Made by a program: the position numbers and the translations under genes. Source: Cyanophora paradoxa CCMP329 (lineage: Eukaryota; Plantae; Glaucophyta). Taken from it: 6,648 nucleotides of DNA. The notes under the pieces were generated by a model that was not told the DNA's origin, searched no databases, and worked only from the letters and a program-made list of their open reading frames with translations. The stretch spans positions 1 through 6,648 of the forward strand of contig QPMI01000707.1 of assembly GCA_004431415.1 (NCBI GenBank), in the 5' to 3' direction. The stretch's first letter is position 1; every line of letters starts with the position of its first letter. Of the stretch, positions 6,343-6,648 are shown piece after piece.

Positions 6343-6648
6343 ATGAGCTTAGTTACCCAAATTTTATTAAATGCGATGACGAATTACGTTACCCTACCAT
6401 GGTGAATTAGAAACTATTAAAGTTTCTTAAAAACTGGAAATAAACGAATTAGTATTATTAATAATATTGCTCAAAATGAAAAAGATTATTGAGCAAGCTA
6501 GTAAACAACTTTGGCAAGTTCACCCAGAATATATTTCTCCGGGTGGTAACGCATATGGAGCACGTCAAAGAAGCTTTGTTTACGTGATTATGGTTTGGTA
6601 CTTACGTTTAGTAACTTATGGCATTTTAGCAGGTGATCAACGTCAATT
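6343..6648 (+). CDS. apcD: Allophycocyanin-B alpha subunit (5' partial gene, frameshifted)
   Basis: Reconstructs to [91 protein letters not shown] and CLRDYGWYLRL distinguish ApcD from ApcA. Confidence 0.92.

Noticed and set aside
96-6648. Pseudogene cluster, programmed frameshifting or alternative genetic code
   Set aside because: The frame disruptions also hit tRNAs, follow homopolymers and leave conserved residues intact. psaI translates cleanly with the standard code.

Overview
This AT-rich window is plastid-type DNA. Gene content and order are most consistent with a glaucophyte cyanelle (muroplast) genome of the Cyanophora paradoxa type; this is recognised from memory, not searched. The order is rpl12(+), petD(-), petB(-), ycf29(+), trnH-GUG(-), rnpB(+), trnR-ACG(-), ycf48-psbE-psbF-psbL-psbJ(+), psaI(-), clpP2/ClpR-like(-) and apcD(+, runs off the window end). 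Almost every gene, including both tRNAs, lacks scattered single bases, mostly in runs of identical bases, while the residues stay highly conserved. This is best explained as unpolished long-read error and is why the ORF track misses most genes. CDS coordinates are hand reconstructions across frameshifts. Most notable are a plastid-encoded Clp subunit with all three catalytic residues replaced, an AU-rich RNase P RNA between two opposite-strand tRNAs, a possibly orphan NarL-type response regulator with a perfect palindrome upstream, and inverted repeats in each divergent intergenic region. I found no convincing wholly new system.
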